A stretch of 64,000 nt of DNA from an uncultured Gemmatimonadales bacterium (GTDB lineage: Bacteria > Gemmatimonadota > Gemmatimonadetes > Longimicrobiales > RSA9). The notes beneath the pieces were generated by a model. The model had not been told where the DNA came from, searched no databases, and worked only from the letters and a program-made list of their open reading frames with translations. The position numbers were made by a program, and so were the translations under genes. The DNA lies in assembly GCA_963783305.1 (NCBI GenBank), contig CAWAMW010000002.1, positions 288,001 through 352,000 on the forward strand. Direction: 5' to 3'. Every line of letters begins with the position of its first letter. Position 1 is the stretch's first letter. Below are positions 60,601 through 64,000 of the stretch, piece by piece.

Positions 60601-61642
60601 GTGACGGCGCCGCGAGCGAGCGCTTCGAGGGGCCGCATCATCGCGGCGCTGGCGGCGGTCTACCTGGTATGGGGGTCCACCTACCTGGCGATCCGGTTCG
60701 CCGTGGAGACGCTGCCGCCCTTCCTCATGGCCGGCGTGCGGTTCACCATCGCCGGCGCGATCCTCTATGGCTGGCGTCGGGCGGGCGGTCACGGCAGGCC
60801 CACGGCGGCGCAGTGGCGGGCGGCGACGGTCGTGGGTGGGCTGATGCTCCTGGGCGGCAACGGTGGTGTGGTGTGGGCGGAGCAGTGGGTGGAGTCGGGG
60901 ACGGCGGCTCTGATCGTCGCCACGGTCCCGCTCTGGATGGTGCTCCTGGAATGGCTGCGACCGGGCGGTCGCCCGCCGCGGACATCCGTCTGGGTGGGCG
61001 TACTGATCGGGCTGGTAGGCGTGGCACTCCTGATGGGCGCACCGGCCGCCGCGGTCGGAGCGCACTACACGGCGGGGGTGATCGTGCTGGTGCTGGCGTC
61101 GGTGGCGTGGGCCATCGGATCGCTTTACTCGAGGAACGCCGTCCTTCCGGCCCCACTCATGGCGACGGGGATGCAGAATGCTCACGGGCGGGGGGCTCCT
61201 TCTGCTGGCGGGCGTAGTGACGGGAGAGGTCCAGGGTCTGGACCCAGCGACGTTCTCCCTGAGGTCGGGGATGGCGCTGCTCTACCTCATCGTCTTCGGC
61301 TCGCTCATCGGCTTCAGCTCGTACGTGTGGCTTTTGCGCGTAACGCCACCCGCCGTGGCCTCGACCTACGCCTATGTGAATCCCGTGGTAGCCGTGTTCC
61401 TGGGCTGGCTGCTCGCTGGCGAGCTGATCACGCCGCGCATCCTGACGGCGTCGGCCGTCATCGTGGGGGGAGTGGCCGTGATCACCACCGCGCGGAGCCG
61501 CCGTCGGCCGCCCCCACCCGGGCCGGGCACCGGCACAGCGCACCCGGGTACGGCTGTGTTCGAGGGTCGGCGGGTGGGCGGCGGCGAGCCCGGGACCCCT
61601 GATTCGAGAGTCGCACCGGAGCGCGGCCGGGACGGACCCTAG
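60601..61642 (+). pseudogene. EamA/DMT (YedA-like) transporter split by a 1-nt insertion
   Basis: VYLVWGSTY..PPFLMAG.RF lies in one frame and STYAYVNPVVAV in another; extra A in ATGCAGAATGCTC (61171-61183). Confidence 0.7.
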
Positions 61643-62616
61643 ACCAGACTTTCCAGCGCCCTGCGGACGTACACCGGTACCATGGCGCGCCGCCACTCCG
61701 GATCCACGATGATATTGGTGAGCGGGTGGCACTGCTGGTGCGCGCGGTCGGCAATGGCGGCGATCGTCCCCTCGTCCAGCCGCTCGCCCACCACCTCGTC
61801 GAGACCTGTCACCTCACGGGGCCGGGAGCCGAGCGCCGATACGACGACCCGCACAGCCCGGACCCGTTCGCTCTCATCCAGCGTAGCGACCACTGCCACG
61901 CTCAGCACCGGGAAATCAATGGAATCCCGGGGGCGCACTTTGCGGTACGTCATACGGGTGCCGGCATCCGGAAGGGGGATGCGCACGCCGGTCACGATCT
62001 CCCCGGGTTCGCGGACGGTGTTGCGGATCCCGTCTGCGACGAAGAAATCCTCCACGGCCACCTCTCGCTGGCCCGCCGGCGAAGTCAGCTCCACGGTGGC
62101 CCCGAGCGCCCACAGGACGGGCGGCGTGTCGGCGGAGTGGGCGGCCACGCATTTCTTCCCAACCTGCGTGACGTGGCAGGTATCGCCATCCTTCTTCAGG
62201 CAGAAGCCGAGCGACTGCCGCCAGAAATGGCTCTGGTTGTAATACGTGCAACGGGTGTCCAGGCAGAGGTTGCCGCCGAGAGTGCCGGCGTTCCGCAACT
62301 GCGGACCGGCTACGTGACGCGCCGCACCCGCCAGCGCCGGCACATGCTCCTCCACCAGGGGGTGGGCGGCGATGTCCGCGAGCGTCTCCAGCGCGCCGAT
62401 CCGGAGCGCGTCATCCGCCCGCTCGACCCCTCGGAGCTCGTCCAGCCGCCGCAGCGACACCAGATGGCGGGGCTCGTGGAGCCGGTGCTTCATGTTCGGG
62501 ATCACGTCCGTCCCGCCCGCCACGGCCATTGCGCCGTCACCCAGCTCAGAAAGGAGACGCAGCGCTTCATCCAGCGACGACGGCCGGTGATACTCGAACT
62601 CGGGTAGCCTGAGCAC
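61639..62616 (-). CDS. FAD-binding molybdo-flavoenzyme subunit, 4-hydroxybenzoyl-CoA reductase beta (HcrB)-like
   Basis: AGGTD, QLRNAGTLGGNLC, Cys insert DTRCTYYNQS.FWR...FCLK..GD.CHV.....C. Confidence 0.8.
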   Translation of the reverse strand: MLRLPEFEYHRPSSLDEALRLLSELGDGAMAVAGGTDVIPNMKHRLHEPRHLVSLRRLDELRGVERADDALRIGALETLADIAAHPLVEEHVPALAGAARHVAGPQLRNAGTLGGNLCLDTRCTYYNQSHFWRQSLGFCLKKDGDTCHVTQVGKKCVAAHSADTPPVLWALGATVELTSPAGQREVAVEDFFVADGIRNTVREPGEIVTGVRIPLPDAGTRMTYRKVRPRDSIDFPVLSVAVVATLDESERVRAVRVVVSALGSRPREVTGLDEVVGERLDEGTIAAIADRAHQQCHPLTNIIVDPEWRRAMVPVYVRRALESLV

Positions 62617-62631
62617 GCGGTCTCGTGCCCC

Positions 62632-63225
62632 TCAGCCGCTCTCGATGAGGCGACGGCTCGCATCCACCGCGCCCGCCGGCGGACGATCGGCCGCGGTCAT
62701 GGGCGCGACCCAGACGGGCCACTCATAGCGCGCCGCGAGCATGCCACCCAACCGCCGGGCCTCGGCCACCGTGGGCACGGCCCCGACCCTCAGCCGGTAG
62801 AAGGTCTGCCCCCCCAGCTCGGCCACAGACGTCCAGACCGGCATGCCCTGGCTGCGCAGGCGATCCGCCCATTCCGTGGCGGACGCCGCCTCCGTGAACG
62901 CAGCGACCTGGACGGTATACAGTCGAGAGCTCTGCCCCGGCTGACCACTCTGACCCGACCGCTCCGCCTCACCGGAGGTCGGGCCAGCGTCCGACTGAGC
63001 CGACTGACCCGACCGACCCGACTGATTCGACCGACCCGGCTGACCCGGGCGCCCGGCGACCCCGGTGGAATCGGCCACGACGGCGATGGTGTCCCCGAGG
63101 GTGGTATCGGCGGCGGGCTGCTCGGGAGCGGGTCGCCGGGTCGGCAGGGCATCGGTGTCGTCGGCCTCGTCACCACCGCAGCCGGTAGCGATGAGGGCGG
63201 CGAGGGCGAGCTTGGTGAGACGCAT
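62632..63225 (-). CDS. SPOR-domain lipoprotein
   Basis: GGAGGAG RBS; lipobox ATGC; YTVQVAAF..A...L...G....YRLRVG. Confidence 0.8.
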   Translation of the reverse strand: MRLTKLALAALIATGCGGDEADDTDALPTRRPAPEQPAADTTLGDTIAVVADSTGVAGRPGQPGRSNQSGRSGQSAQSDAGPTSGEAERSGQSGQPGQSSRLYTVQVAAFTEAASATEWADRLRSQGMPVWTSVAELGGQTFYRLRVGAVPTVAEARRLGGMLAARYEWPVWVAPMTAADRPPAGAVDASRRLIESG

Positions 63226-63312
63226 GGGCTGCTCCTCCAAGATCGAGGTGGTGGGCGGAGTCGGGGGGAGTGCGTGGGCTGAAGATAGAGATCTCGGGAG
63301 GTCGGGTAAAGC

Positions 63313-64000
63313 TCAGTCCTCGGCGGTGCGCGGGATGCGTAGCGTGAAGGTCGAGCCCACGTCGGGCTCGCTGATCACGCTGAGGCTGCCCCCCAGGAGG
63401 GTGGCGAAGCTGCGGGCCACGGTGAGGCCCAGCCCTGTGCCGCCAGCCTTTCGGGTGAGCGCCTCCTCCATCTGCCAGAACCGCTCGAAGATCTTCTCGA
63501 GGCGGTCCTTCGGGATCCCCACGCCGGTGTCCTCGACCTCGAAGACGAGCGTGTCGTTCTCCCGCCGCGCCCGGACCGCGATCGAGCCGGCCTCCGTGAA
63601 CTTGAGCGCGTTCGAGATGAGGTTGAGCAGGATCTGCCGCACCTTGCGTGGGTCGGTGCGGGTGGCGGTGTCCCCGTCGGCCACATCGATGGTGAACTCC
63701 AGCTTCGTCTCGCCCGCCAGCGGATCGGCGACCGCCGCCACGCCGTCCATGATCTCCGCCAGCGTGACCTCCTCCGGGTGCACCGACTCCTTCCCCGCCT
63801 CCGTGCCGGCGAAGGCGAGGATCTCCTCGATGATCTGGAGCAGGTGACTGGAGCTGGCCCGGATCCGACCGAGGTACCCCGACTGCTTTTCCGTGATCTC
63901 CCCCACCACGCCGCGGTCGATGAGGTCCGTGTATCCGATGATCGCCGAGAGCGGCGTCCGAAGCTCGTGGGACATGACCGAGAGGAAGTTGGCCTTCGCC
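63313..64000 (-). CDS. Sensor histidine kinase, C-terminal part (5' end outside the window)
   Basis: AKANFLSVMSHELRTPL, NLISNALKFT, DTGVGI, GGTGLGL. Confidence 0.9.
   Translation of the reverse strand, partial: AKANFLSVMSHELRTPLSAIIGYTDLIDRGVVGEITEKQSGYLGRIRASSSHLLQIIEEILAFAGTEAGKESVHPEEVTLAEIMDGVAAVADPLAGETKLEFTIDVADGDTATRTDPRKVRQILLNLISNALKFTEAGSIAVRARRENDTLVFEVEDTGVGIPKDRLEKIFERFWQMEEALTRKAGGTGLGLTVARSFATLLGGSLSVISEPDVGSTFTLRIPRTAED

Overview
A GC-rich (about 70% by eye) bacterial chromosomal segment. The gene repertoire suggests Gemmatimonadota/Longimicrobiales, but this is inference only. I found no rRNA, tRNA, CRISPR array, phage or transposase. From left to right the window holds: partial korA, infA-csp, an L,D-transpeptidase, OsmC/DCC, two tandem M14 peptidases, a S8-PKD lipoprotease and MscS; an alpha-glucan cluster (glgE, treS-mak, malQ, glgB, GH57/DUF3536); a sirtuin, fba, a beta-propeller amidohydrolase and a TonB-C fusion; a tightly coupled signalling operon (MASE2-like hybrid kinase, REC, RsbW-like, STAS, patatin, REC-PP2C) facing an ECF sigma; an M13 peptidase and aroF-CM-tyrA; ispG, cydAB, gdhA, bcp and a PAS/GAF kinase; an epimerase-ECF-antisigma-YbjQ operon; a frameshifted EamA, an orphan HcrB-like gene, a SPOR lipoprotein and a partial kinase. 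The best candidates for undescribed biology are (1) the patatin-containing partner-switching operon, (2) a probable leaderless, Tyr-codon transcription attenuator upstream of aroF-CM-tyrA, and (3) several structured repeat families: a two-copy element with covarying stems, and 7-/9-mer inverted arrays that also appear in frame inside genes. Product calls come from motif recognition by eye; no database search was run.
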